NCBI RefSeq assembly: GCF_009914755.1
Contig: NC_060927.1
DNA: 64,000 nucleotides
Direction: 5' to 3' (one strand)
Source: the human T2T-CHM13v2.0 reference genome, Homo sapiens
The notes under the pieces were generated by a model. That model ran no database searches. It was not told the DNA's origin and saw nothing but the letters and a program-made list of their open reading frames with translations. The number at the start of each line of letters is the position of its first letter. The stretch's first letter is position 1. The translations under genes and the position numbers were made by a program. Below, one piece after another: positions 45,171 through 58,059 of this stretch.

Positions 45171-45620
45171 CTAACACTTGGTATGGTTAGGATTAGGTAC
45201 TTCAGTGATGGCCTAGGGGAATGAATGTTGCAGTAATTCTCAAAGCGTGGTTTTCAGATGGCTAGGGATAGCCAAGACCCTTTCAGTGGACATCATCATG
45301 GGTGATATCCATGATGGAAATTCCCATCAGGTGTTACCATTATTCACCTGTAATACCCATAATGAGTGAGGACAATGGGATCAACCCAAAGGGAAAGATT
45401 CCAGTCAGGACTGGAGGCCTACGTTATACTCTTGTCATTGCAGTTTTTTTTTTTTTTTTTTTTTGCATTGTCTCATTTCTCTCTTTCCTGTAGGCTTTGA
45501 TGCAGGAAGAATTGTTTCTGATGAGTATTTCCCATGCTGTTACCATCACACTTGTCAATAGGATGGGATGGCAACAGAGCATAGCCTTTGTATCCATTAG
45601 TAAAGACAGTGAAGTGCTAA
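45171..45620 (-). pseudogene. Decayed CD200R-family IgV pseudo-exon in intron 1
   Basis: Reads STSLSLLMDTKAMLCCHPILLTSVMVTAWEILIRNNSSCIKAYRKERNET...YYR*IMVTPDGNFHHGYH. Disrupted by an A21 run, stop codons, a ~120-bp insertion and a GT>GA donor change. Confidence 0.9.
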
Positions 45621-45778
45621 CTGGACACAACAAGAAAACGAAAATGATAAAAATTTCTACATGCCAATTTCTTCTATTGGGTCTCATTTAAAGTCCCATA
45701 AAACCCTTCTTTTTCTTAATAAGTATTTTACCCACCCTGGATGTAAAAAAGTGGTTGGAGAGGAGAGAGGAGAGATAT

Positions 45779-46154
45779 TTTTGTGTTCATTTCTTTCACT
45801 CTTTTAGAGGAGTTAGGTTAAAAAGGAAAAAAAAAAAAGTGCAGAGAAATTTCATTTAAAGTTGCTGTCTCCAGCATTTGGAGAAAGGAGTATAATTGGA
45901 CCAGCTCATGTGAGATATCCACACGGACCCATCTCCTTGGTTGGGGAAGGAGGAATAGGGGGGAGGCATGGTTACCTCATACAAACTAGTTGACTAAACA
46001 AAGCATCTCATGAATGAGAAATCACTATTAGTTGCTTATAAGTATAATTTTTAAGATGTTAACATGTTTTTTCCTCTAATGATGGCATAACGTTTAATTT
46101 CTGTTTTACAATGATTTTTGTATAATTTTAGTTATGGTTAACTAATTGTCTTCA
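45779..46154 (-). repeat. Inverted repeat, right arm (~376 bp)
   Basis: Reverse complement of 44416-44787. Confidence 0.97.
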
Positions 46155-46404
46155 GCTTGCAACTCAAACATTTGATATAAATGCATTTCCTCAGGATAAT
46201 CACCATGATTTGGTATGCAACAAAAATGTGTTAAATGTATTTCCAATTCCATCATGTAGAATACTTAAAAGATACTGTATATAAGGCTTCAGATTTAATA
46301 CATTAATTATTTTTACTGAATCATCAAAGACATTCTTAGGCAATGTGTACGTGTGTGCATGAGTGAGTGAAGAATACAATGACTATTGGTACAGCTTGGT
46401 GCCT

Positions 46405-46828
46405 CTTATAGGTTGAATTGTATATCTGAAAATTTACATGTTGAAGTCCTAACCCTCAGAGATGTGATCTTATTTGAAAATAAAATCATTACAAGTATAA
46501 CTAGCTAAGGTAAAGTCATACTTGAGCGGCATGAGCCCCTAACGCAATACAATTGGTGTTTTCATAAAAAGAGCAAATTGGACACAGATATGGACACAGG
46601 GAAAGCACCATGTAAAAATTGGAGGTATGCTGCACAAGCCAGGAAATACCAGAAGCTGGGAGAAGGGCTTGAAACAGATCCTTTCGTAGTGCCTTCAGAG
46701 GGAGAATTGCCCTGCCAACACCTTGATCTCGGAGTTTTAGTTTCTAGAACTGTAACACAATAGATTTCCATTGCCTCCACTTCTCACTCCATGGTTCTTT
46801 GTTACAACAGCCCTAGCAAACTAATACA
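46405..46828 (+). mobile_element. MaLR LTR (MLT1B/C-like)
   Basis: ggttgaattgt...gttacaacagccctagcaaactaataca. Confidence 0.8.
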
Positions 46829-46829
46829 G

Positions 46830-47035
46830 TGCTCTGCACTTCATTCATGCTAAGGCACCAGTAATTTTAAACAACAGTTCAATTGCACTATCAGTGAAAA
46901 TATCAGTAGAAAGGCAAATAACATCACTGTATTATCATTATTATTATTATTGTAACTCATTTTTACCGAGGTGACCCACTGAAAGGGTCTTGGTTATCCC
47001 AGCCATCTGAAAACCACACTTTGAGAACTGTTGCA
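46830..47035. mobile_element. Charlie1-like hAT fragment
   Basis: cactatcagtgaaaata...aggcaaataacatc...ctgaaagggtct...accacactttgagaac terminus. Confidence 0.6.
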
Positions 47036-47039
47036 ATAG

Positions 47040-49500
47040 TTATTCCCCTAGTCCTTCACCAAAGAACCTATGACCATGTGTTTAGGTAACCATAACTGGG
47101 GAAAAAGGAATACAAGGATCTTTTGAAGGTTATTTGAATACTAATCTGAATTGATCCTGATACCCAAGAACACAAAGAACATTAAGGGCCTCCTGTTAGA
47201 GTAGAAACATATCGGAGTCAGATGATAAAAGAAATCCTGGGCCTGGTTCATATCACAGTGGACCTTCAAAGTCCACAGACTTATACAGTGGTGATTTTTC
47301 AGTTGCTGAATATTTAATTAGAATGAACATGCTTAGCAGCTTGCAGACCATCTTGTTGATTCCTTGATCTGTAAAGTAAGTGCTATTATAATAGGAAAGA
47401 CCAAGATAAATCCCCCAAACCACCCCCCTTGGCGAAGATAGTAAATAAATATTAATACTGAAGACCTAAGTATGAGTCTCCTCTCAGAGACTTAAAGTAT
47501 ACTAAAATAGTGGTCCCCATCATGTCTCTTACTTAATTTACCAGTTAGATCCCTGCAAAACACTGGATGGTGAATTATAGTAGATCAATGCAAAATTACC
47601 AAAGTATCAGCCCCAACGGCAGCTACTCTGCCAGATAAGCTATCTTTACTAGAGATACTCCAGTTGCAGTATGTGGTTATTGATCTGGTAAATGCATTAT
47701 TTTCAACATTCATCAGGAAGGAACATCAAAAATAAGTTTGTATTCCACAGGACAGTAGAGAGTATATAAATATGGTCTTGCCTTAATTTCTACTTTCATG
47801 TACAATGTAATCTAAAAAGATCTAGGCTATCTGGGCATTCTGCAAAGACCATCATATTGGTCTACTATATTGATGACATCATATCAATTAGATCTTCTGA
47901 GCAAAAAGTGAGAGTTATTATGAATACCTTAGTTAATCACATGCATTCCAGAGGTGAGAAGTCAATTCTACAAAGATTCAGGGCCTGACACATTAGTGAA
48001 GTTTCTAGTAGGCCAGTGGTCTGGACCCTACCATATATCCCCTCTCGAAAAAAGGACAAATTATTTAACCTTACTTCCTACCACTGAGTAGCACAACACT
48101 TGGTTTTGGAGGCAGCCTGCTGCATATTTGCGATTACTGCTCTGACCCTCTAATAGGATGCTAGTCCAAGTGTGCTCCAGACCAAGAAAGGAATCTGTAA
48201 CAGGTCCATGCTACAGTATACCAGCCCTGACAATAAGTTCATAAAATCAGGCAGATCTGTGATACAAGAAGATTCTGTGATAAAGATGAAATGTGGAGCC
48301 TCAGACAAGTCCAGTAGGACAGTCACAGTGCAGGCCTAGGGTTCTGGGGGTAAATCTATGTCATCTGAAGCAGATAACTAGTTGCCTTTTAAAAAATAGC
48401 TCATGGCATGCTACGGGACCCTGGTGAAGACTGAGCATCTAATCATGGGATATGAAATGATCAGGCTCCTAAAACAACCCATTATAAGCTGCATACTATT
48501 AGACCCAACAAATCATAAAGTAAAGTGGACCCAGTAGCACTCCATTGTAAAACAGAAATGGCTACAATGGGGCTCAGGCTCCAGACTCAAGAGAACACCA
48601 GTCATTTTAGTGAACAAATGGTCCAGGCCCCCACTTCATATACCACTGTTATACTGTCATCTCTCCCTCAGTTCACATCTAAGCCCTCCCTGTGTGTTCC
48701 CTAGGACCAAAACCCAAAGCTTAGCTTTGGATGGGTTATGGATGGGTTGCCTCAGTCTGTGATATAAGCCAAAAGTGGACTGTTGTGGCACTGTAGCCCC
48801 ACTCTGGTCTGGCCCTGAAAGACAGTGATGATGAAAAACACTCAAGTAAGAAATGTAATACTCAGTAATAAAAGAGATAAACTCATAAGCAGTGGCAAAT
48901 GGTTTGGCTTGTTTGGTCAGAGACCTGGAAGAGTCAAAATTGGAAGGTAGAGGACAAGAAGGTGTGGGGTAGAGGCATGTGGATGCATTCAGAAATTGCC
49001 AGCTTCATGGAGCACTGGCACAGCCTCTGGAAGTCACAACTAACGTTTGGAAATGATATCTTATGAGGATGGGACACCACCCTTTAGGAGGGTGCTGTGT
49101 CCCTAGCTCCCCAGTTCATAGAATAAACTGGATCTGAGAGACAAGGAGTAGAAGTGGGGTAGTCTCACTCACCATCATTCTTTTTTTTTTTTTTTTTTTG
49201 AGACCGAGTCTCACTCTGTTGTCCAGGCTGTAGTTCAGTGGCATGACCTCGGCTCACTGCAACCTCCACCTCCCTTCATTGTCATTCTTATTGACTCGTT
49301 TAGAGAATTTGTGCTTCCAAATCCCAGTAATTTTAGATTTGTGAGTCTAGGATCTTGAGTTTCATAGGGGAGATACTTCTACCAGGAGACACACTAAGAA
49401 TTCCTCTAAGCTATAGCTAAGCTATAGCTGTCCCCTAGTATACCAGTAGGCACAAAATGGAGTTGCCTTTTGTCAGGGGTAATTTAAGCCTGATCATCAT
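47040..49500 (+). mobile_element. Decayed ERV-L internal (pol) remnant
   Basis: RT catalytic motif VYYIDDI at ~47859-47880 and other ERV-L pro/pol-like segments; many stop codons. Confidence 0.75.
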
Positions 49501-49510
49501 GAGACAATAG

Positions 49511-51339
49511 TGCTATGGGATCTTTGGGATGTCACTTTGCCAGCTGGAAACCTTTGTGGCCAATGGCACCTTTGCCCAAATTTTGCTGTGATCCACTGGG
49601 CTCATTCTGCCTATTTGGCCTGGCAGGCAGCACTTGGCTGGTGCTATTGGCCTGGATCCCACATCTGCCAAGGACGAGCCAGGCACAGACCAATGAGGGA
49701 TGTGTGAGTGAGCATGGGATCCAACCACTGCACACAGCCAGGCACACTACCTGCAGAGGAGTGGGCAGCTCCAAGTGCTGGCATGGGTGCCAGCTCCCTG
49801 CAAGGCTGCAGCTTGACAGGCATACCATAAACAGCTTCTGGGGAATGTGGTGGTGCCCAGAAGCTTGGAGACACCAGGAACTGCAGAGCCCTAAAAGGGT
49901 GTCACAGCCCTGGCTCAGGGAGCTCCTAGGTCTGGGCTCCCCAAAGAGCCACAGCTCTTCTCTCCTTCTCTCTTCTCTCCTTGTCATCCACAATGTGGCA
50001 ATCAAGGGGCGTGTTTCAGCCCTGTTTGTGTTACAGCTCTTTTAACCCTATCATTTGGCAGGTCCTGAGTTTTTGTCCTGTGACCAGGAAGAATGAGGTA
50101 TGCAGACAAGTGGAGGGCGAGCAAGGTTAAGAGGAGCTTTATTGAGTGATAGAACAGCTCAGAGGAGACCCGAGTGGGTAGCTCCTTTCTGCAGCCAGGG
50201 TGTCCTGATGAGTGTTTGGTTCCTAGTAGAGAAGAAACCCTAGAGTGGGTAGCTCCTCTCTGCAGGCAGGTCATCCCATTGAGTGTTCAGTTCCTAGCAG
50301 AGAGGAAACCCTATAGTGGGCAGGTGCTCTCTACAGGCAGGTTGTCCCATTATCTACTCAGCTCTCAGCAGAGAAGGTAGCCCCTCTCTGCAGCTGGTTG
50401 GCCCATTATGGCCCCAGAGGGGAGAAAGTGCATGCCAGTTGGTCCATGGGTGCCCATAGGTGGGCTCAGAAAAAGCACTACAAGTTCCAATTTCAGTTTG
50501 CGGGACCAGTAGCCCAGCACCAAGGCTTCAGGCCTTCCCAGCTTGAAGGTGGGGCTTCACCAGGGGCCTGCACCTTTCTGCCCTGGAGCCTCTCTACCTC
50601 CTGCTGCTCTTCATGGTGTCCATGCTGTTCATGCCGAGGGGCACCTGCAGGCCAACATCAAGCTGCCCTCAGCAACCCCCCTCGGCCTTTCTCCCATGCT
50701 TATTGGTGCCCAAAGTCTGGAGGGGGCCAAGGTGGCAGGGCTTCTGCCTGTTCCCAGCTCCCAAGAGCACAGGGGTGCCCAGGTTGCAGCCGCAGCTTGG
50801 GCGGCTCCTTCCCTGCCAACTTAGAAGCGGCAGGCCTCCCACTTGTTCCCAGCTCCTGTTGGCTTCATGGAATGCACAGCTCTGGCTGCACCCCCTCTCT
50901 GTGTTTTCCCCACAGCCGCAGTAGGCAAAGAGCAGGTGGCATGGTGGCCCCAGCCAACCCTGCACAAATGAACCCAATGCGACCAGGGACAGCAGTGTGT
51001 CTTGACTGTGCCTTCAGCCAGGTGCTTGTGGGCTCCCAGGATGAAGCAGGGAGTGAGGTTGAGGCCATAGTAAAGGCTCAGTGCCTGGTAGTGGGTCCTG
51101 CCTGGCCATGCGAGACTGGGGGTAGTGCGGTCAGCTGCCTCGCAGACACGGAGCACAGAGGTCCCATCACCGCCACTGCTGCTCTCACAGCCACTCCTGC
51201 TGCCACCACCTGCACCTCCCTTCTGCAGCTGGCAGAAGGCCACTGCAGAATAGGCAGAATAGGACTGCAGAATAGGACATCAATAGGCAGAAGTCCTACT
51301 GATGGCAGTGGCCACTCCAGACAGCCCGCCACTGCATCA
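49511..51339 (-). mobile_element. Solo MER52 LTR
   Basis: Minus strand TGATGCAGTGGCGGGCTGTCTGGAG...GGCCACAAAGGTTTCCAGCTGGCAAAG..GATCCCATAGCA; 4-bp TSD ATAG; GC-rich. Confidence 0.85.
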
Positions 51340-53641
51340 ATAGGACTGTTTTTATATAATGGGAGTAGGGAGAAATATGCCTTTTGTACTCTCATAACCA
51401 GCTTTAATTGTAAATCATTAAATATGCATAAATCAGGAAGGTCTTTTAAGGGCCTGGCAACCAGGCCTCAGACCACTCAGGGGTCTATGCTTAAGACTCA
51501 GTCTTGCTGTGGATGTATCCTTGATCCTAATTTCACTAGGATGTTTTGTAAGTCAACAGTGACGAATTTGCCAAACACCTTTTTGACATATACTGAACAG
51601 TTTGTGAGATTCTTTTTTCTCTTTAATCTAAAATTAGGTAAAGTATATTAGTAGATTATTTAATATCAACTATTTTACATTCCTAAAAATGTTACCTTGT
51701 TGTTGGTTTAATTCTTTTAGTGCACTACTGATTTGATATGCTGATATGTGGAATCTTTGCCTCTGCATTTACAAGTGAAATTAGCTTAGAAAGTTTTTTG
51801 TATACTAACTTTGTCAGGATTTGATATCTGAGTTATACTTGTAAAATTTAGAAAACATTTCTCCTTTCTCTATTCTATGGGAAAACTAAATGACATAAAA
51901 ATTATCTGTTCCTTAAAGGCTTAAAGTGATGTAAACTATTTCTCTTACATAGCAATCTAAGGCCACACATTTTTTGGCAGTAATTCTCAATTTCTTCTAT
52001 GGTTCTCTATCTATTCATGTTTTCTATCTCATCTTGAGCCAGTTGCTAATTTACTTTTCCACTAGAACATTTATTTCATGGAAGTTTTCTAATTTAATAG
52101 GAGAAATTGTACAAAATATTCTTTTATATTTCTTTGGTTTCTTGATATTTGTTGTTAATTGTTGATTTTCTCCCCACATTTTGTGTATTTTTTTAAATTT
52201 ACTTCCCATTTAGAATAGTCTTTATCCCATTAAAAAAATCAGTTCTTGGAATCATTTATAAATTCTAGCTTTCCACTTCTTAATTCATGCTGTTCTTCTT
52301 TTGACTTTATTACTACCTTTCCTACTTCCTTCCGCCATTTGAGTACAACTTGACTTTCCAGGCTCTGCTCTCACTGCAATCCAGCATGCACACTAAACTC
52401 CTCCCACCCCAGACTGCTTCTATTGGCTGAACATTTTATGTGCCTTTCTACCCTGTACTTTAGTCCACAATGATCCCCTGGCCTCTTTTTTCCAATAATT
52501 TATGCCTTCTGAAATCCTTCTAGAGCCTGTGCAAAAGCCACTCTCTGTAATACACTGGTTTTGTATTGTAGTGCTCCTCTCATTCTACCTTGTAATATAA
52601 TTCTGTATCCTTGTCTAATTCCAAGACCAGAATATGTAGACTACTTGAAGGTGCTGTAAGTTTTCTTCTTTTTAGCTTCTATTTTTGTGTGCTACTAAGA
52701 AATCTACATGTTTGCTTTTTGTTGTTGAATTAAATTGAATAAGTCGGTCCTTGCTTGGTCTTCAAGCAATAGTGTGCAGAGAGGTATCTGTTAAAATTGC
52801 ACACAGGACAAATGATCATGTAAATGTTTCTGCTGATGATCCAACCCTCCCATCAAACTGGTTATTAAGTAAGTGAGCATTTTACCTTCATTAAGACGTA
52901 TTCTCTAACTTTGTATTTCCAGTTGTGTCATCAGACAGGAATTATTATCTGAGGCTAGAAAATATTTAAAGAAGAAATATGGAGAAAATTAAGAACTTTT
53001 CTTTACTGAAATGGACTAGAATCCACTGATTTCATATAAGATAATCACAGAAAACAACATTTCAATTCCTTAAATTAATTAATAATCACACCAAAAAAAC
53101 CTCTACATAAAAGAAATCAGCAGTGAGACCATAACTAGATAAATGCACGTATGTCAGGATTTTGACATTTCTTTTGTAGTTATGAATAAATGATTCATTC
53201 AATGTTATTATAACAGATCAGTCTGTACCAGTCTTTTGCCAGCCACATCCACTTCTAATCAGTGGAAGAGTTCAATGCAGGGCCCAGGAGTAAAGTTCCA
53301 TCTCCAGAACTATTATAGAAATGATAGACAACCTCCCCCACTTCAAATAAAAAACTTAGAAGTACTGGATGAACTAGAACAATGCCTGTTTCAAATGCAT
53401 GGCTGAATTTGCAAAAAAAACAAACAAACAAACAAAAAAAAACGGTAAGGGAAACCTCTCAAGGTAAAAAATGACAAAGAAACAGGAAACCATGAGATCA
53501 TTTGCTGGTCTCAATAACAGAAAGCCTTTTAAAAATAATTACTTAGATAAATTTAAATTTATTGTGATTTATTTTACGGCTCATTTAATGGTCTACCTTG
53601 GTAAATATTCTGTGTTCACCTGAAAAAAATGTGTATCCTCC

Positions 53642-55640
53642 TGTGACAGCTAGTTTTATGTGTCAAGTTGGCTAGAGTATAGTATTCAATCATTCAATCA
53701 AACACTAATTTAAACATTGCTGTGAAGGTATTTTGTATGTGATTAATAACTACAATCAGTTGATTTTAAGTAAAGGAGATTATTCTCAATAAAGAAGATG
53801 GGCCTCACTCAATCGGCTGAAAGGCCTTAAGAGAAAAAGTGAGGATTTCCGGAGTAAGAAAAAAAATTCTCTTTAAGGCTGCAGCATTAGTTGCATTAGT
53901 TTCTGCCCAAGAGTTTGCAGACTACAAGTCCACCCTAAAAATTTCAAACTTAACAGCTTCCACAATTGCAATAATCAATTCCTTGAAATAACACACACAC
54001 ACATACACACACACACGTACATACACACATAAATATACATACTTTCCATACTTTCTACTCATTACGTTTCTCTGGTGGAACCCTGACTGATACAGATTTG
54101 GTACCATAAGTGGTCCTCAAGAAACAGAAGCTTAAGGATAAATTTTCAGAATTGTTTCGGGGTTTTCTGGAATTGGTCATCTAATCTAGTTAGATTTAAA
54201 AGCACTAATGACTATATTTCTAGTGCTAGAGGGCACACTGATAGTCCATGGCATGAAGTAACAATAGAGATATGCGAAAATGTCACAACTGGATAATCCT
54301 AGTCAAATACTTATAAAAGGCAAGGTCTGAGTGATCATGTATTTGATACTTTAGAACATTTACATATAACAAGATTGGCTCGTTTCTCCTAATTTGCTGC
54401 CCAAATGGATAAAGAAAAAGATGAGTTCAGGGCTTCAAATTCTCAACTTAAACTATGTGAATGAACTGGAAGTTTCTATGTCTGCCGTGAAAGAACCCCC
54501 TATCTTCTCAGCAAGGCTGAAGTTTCCAGATACCAAAACTTATCCCGTAAGAGGCTGAATGACAACACAAATTGAATTCCTAACCTGTCAGAGTATCCTC
54601 TGCTGGAGTGAGGTTCTTGATTGAAAAGGAAAGGGGTCCTGAAAATTGGAATGTGAACATATAGGCAAAAGCTGAGGAAACTGAGCACATAAAATTTCTA
54701 AAGTCTCCTAAGTCTTTGCCCATAGAAGCAGCCCTCCCACCCCTGTTTGAAGTGGTTAATCCCCTGCTTTGCCTGAAGAAACTGTAATGATTTTTCTTCA
54801 ACTAGTTGCCTTAAAAGACACTTTCTATTCTCCTCAGGATCTTCCCCCTCACTCCTCTTTGCTTCCAGACTTATAACTAGACTTGAGTCCCTGCAGGGCC
54901 CAAAAAGTGAGGTAGAGTGTGACCCACAAGAAGTTACACCACACACCAAAATATCTATATGATTTTTCCAATATATACAGTTATAAATCTGGACAATATG
55001 TATAGGAATGAATATTAAGGATGTGGAATAATGAAAAAGACAAAGCTGAATGAGGCCAAATTATTGATATGAATCCACTTAGGCAGAGATTCTAGATTCA
55101 GTGCTGTAGCTCCAGGCATTAGAAAGGGCTCTGTGTGTGTTGGTCAGTTCTTGCACTGCTATCAAGAAATACCTGAGACTGGGTAATTTATAAAGAAAAG
55201 AGGTTTAGTTGGCTCATGGTTCTTCAGGCTGTATGGGATGCATGGTGGCATCTGCTTCTGGGAGGGCCTCAGGGAGCTTTTACTCATGGCAGAAGGCAAA
55301 GCCAGAACAGGCATGTTCACATGGCCAGAGCAGGAGGAAGGGGTTGTGGGTGGGAGATGCTACACACTTTTAAACAACCAGATCTCATAACTTACTCACT
55401 CACTATCATGCAAACAGCACTGAGGTAATGGTGCTAACACATTCATAAGAATGTCACCTCCATGATCCAATCACCTCCCACGAGACCCCACCTCCCATAC
55501 TGGGGATTACAATTAGACGTGAGATTTAGTGAGGACACAGACCCAAACTGTATCACTATTCATTTGTTTAGTGACCTTAAACATGGACCAAATTGTGGTC
55601 TACACTAAATAAAAATAAAATATCAGAACTGCTTCAGTAT
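53642..55640 (+). mobile_element. MLT2 LTR plus adjacent ERV-L leader/gag remnant
   Basis: tgtgacagctagttttatgtgtcaagttggctag...ccctgactgataca, then gatttggtacc (PBS region); (CA)n near 53991. Confidence 0.8.
55136..55555 (-). mobile_element. MSTA/B-like LTR nested in ERV-L
   Basis: gaaatacctgagactgggtaatttataaag...ggacacagacccaaactgtatca. Confidence 0.85.
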
Positions 55641-56012
55641 ATGGAAAAATGAGAGTGCCAGAGGAAAAAAGTACCAGAATCTGCATATAAACTCTCCCCA
55701 CTTCTTGCTAGAATTCTAGCTAGAAAAACTGAAATTGTTTGCTGGGTGTTAATACATGAACAATGTCATTTCTTCCTGGAAAAAATATGCTGATTGTGAC
55801 TGTGATTATTAAATAAATTATATACATATTTTATATTTATTATTGTCATTATTATTTAAAAGTAATTGTGGTTGTTTTGATTCTTAGGAGCTATTAGCAT
55901 CACACAGTCCAGAGCTATTTCATAACCACAGATCTGCTCCTTAATCCCAATCAGGGATCCGGAATGTATGTTAGTGATAGCAAGAGAAAAGAGGAAAAAT
56001 ATATTGATGGTT

Positions 56013-56380
56013 TGATATGGTTTGGCTCCCCACCCAATCTCATTGTAAATTGTGATCCTGAGTGGGGCCTGGTCGGGGGTGACTGGATCATGGGGTGGTT
56101 TCTAATGGTTTAGCACCCTCCCCCTAGTGCTGTCTCATGATAGAGTTCTCACAAGATCTGCTTGTTTAAAAGTGTGTAGCACCTCCTCACCTTCTGCTGG
56201 CCATTTGAAGACATGCTTGCTTCCCCTTCACATTTCCACCATGATTGTAAGTTTTTTGAGGCCTCCTCAGCCATGCTTCCTGTACAGCCTGTGGAACAGT
56301 GAGCCAATTAAACCTCTTTTCTTTATAAATTACCCATTCTTGGGTAGTTCTTTATAGCAATGTGAGAATGAACTAATACA
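56013..56380 (+). mobile_element. MSTA-like LTR
   Basis: TGATATGGTTTGG...ACTAATACA. Confidence 0.85.
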
Positions 56381-57176
56381 TGGTTACTTAATGCCCAAAG
56401 AATAGGCAGAGGCACAGCTCAAACCTGTATGGAGCCTAGAAGATTTCTCATGTGGGGCAGGTGCAGCAAAACACAGCCATATGCAGTCATCGCCAAGGTT
56501 TGCCATCTTTTTCTGAGTGATTCTAGCCCTTGCTGACTGCCAGGCTGGCAGAAGGAAAGGCTGCCTTTCCCACAGGACTAGGGTGTATCTAATCTACCCT
56601 TGTCCACCAGCCCCACCCAAGGCCCATGCCTTGCCACTCCTGAAATAGGGTGCACACAGCACAGCCTCCATTTCTCCACCTGGGTGTTTTGCAGTGGTCC
56701 AGGAGCAGTTTGGCCCCCCCGGAACACCTGGTGCTCAATCCTGAGGTGTCAGAGGATAAAACCATGCACTCGATCCCAAAGTCCAGGGTTCAAGCACACC
56801 ACCCAGAGGTATCAAGATGAGATCTGTGGCCTAAGTTCAAGCCAGAGAGGAGCCCCCACTCTCAGAACACTGAGAAGAGTAAGGAGTAGGTTTGTGTTTT
56901 GGCATAGTAGTTGGGCATCCCTTTATCTGTGAGACTGATCAAGTAAGGGTTTAGCCTGTTGGCCAGCTTCAGCTTCTGCCCAAGGGATCTCCACGGCCCA
57001 CAACATCTGGAACACCTCAGTGATCTAGACACAGAAGGCTTGGGACAAAACTAGCTGGTTGGGCCTGCTCCTGGGACCAACATCAGAGGGAAAACTGGTC
57101 AGGAGAGCACACAAGCTGGGTGGTCTTCACCACCATGTTCTGGGAAAAGAATCTCAGGCTACAGGCACCACAGCAG

Positions 57177-57970
57177 TGTTGCGGGAAGTCAGGGACCCTG
57201 AATGGAGGGACCAGCTGGAGCCGTGGCAGAGGAACATAAACTGTGAAGATTTCATGGACATTTATCAGTTCCCAAATAATACTTTTATAATTTCTTATGC
57301 CTGTCTTTAATTTCTTAATCCTATTATCTTCATAAGCTGAGGATTTACATCACCTCAGAACCACTGTGATAATTGTGTTAACTGTACAAATTGACTGTAA
57401 AACATGTGTGTTTGAACAATATGAAATCAGTGCACCTTGAAAAAGAACAGAATAACAGTAATTTTTAGGGAACAAGGGAAGACAACCGTAAGTAAAGTCT
57501 GACTGCCTGCGGGGTCGGGCAAAAAGAGCCATATTTTTCTTCCTGCAGAGAGCCTATAAATGGGTGTGAAAGTAGGAGAGATATCACTAAATTCTTTTCC
57601 TAGCAAGAAATATTAATATTAATACCCTGGGAAAGGAATACATTCCTGGGGGAAGGTCTATAAACGGCTGCTCCGGGAATGTCTGTCTTATGCGGGAGAT
57701 GCGCCTGGTCTTCTGCAGTACCCTCAGGCTTACTAGGGTGGGGAAAAACTCCGCCCTGGTAAATTTGTGGTCAGACCGGTTCTCTGCTCTCGAACTCTGT
57801 TTTCTGTTGTTTAAGATGTTTATCAAGACAATACATGCACCGCTGAACATAGACCCTTATCCATAGTTCTGCTTTTGCCCTTTGCCTTGTGATCTTTGTT
57901 GGACCCTTATCAGTAGTTCTGCTTTTGCCTTTTGTCCTGTTCCCTCAGAAGCATGTGATCTTTGTTAAAC
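57177..57970 (+). mobile_element. MER11 (HERV-K11/HML-8) LTR, 3'-truncated
   Basis: Start TGTTGCGGGAAGTCAGGGACCC; internal gacccttatc/agttctgcttttgcc repeats. Confidence 0.88.
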
Positions 57971-58059
57971 CTGCTCTGAGTCTGCCAAGCTCAGAGGACC
58001 AGCGGGTCTCCAAGGAGTTGTGGGCCTCCTGGTAACCTAAACTTTGCCCTAGACAGGAA

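Noticed and set aside
50398-51651. 417-aa ORF and neighbouring overlapping ORFs
   Set aside because: It lies mostly in the GC-rich MER52 LTR, starts at a non-ATG codon and has no recognisable domain. Stop-poor GC-rich sequence explains it.
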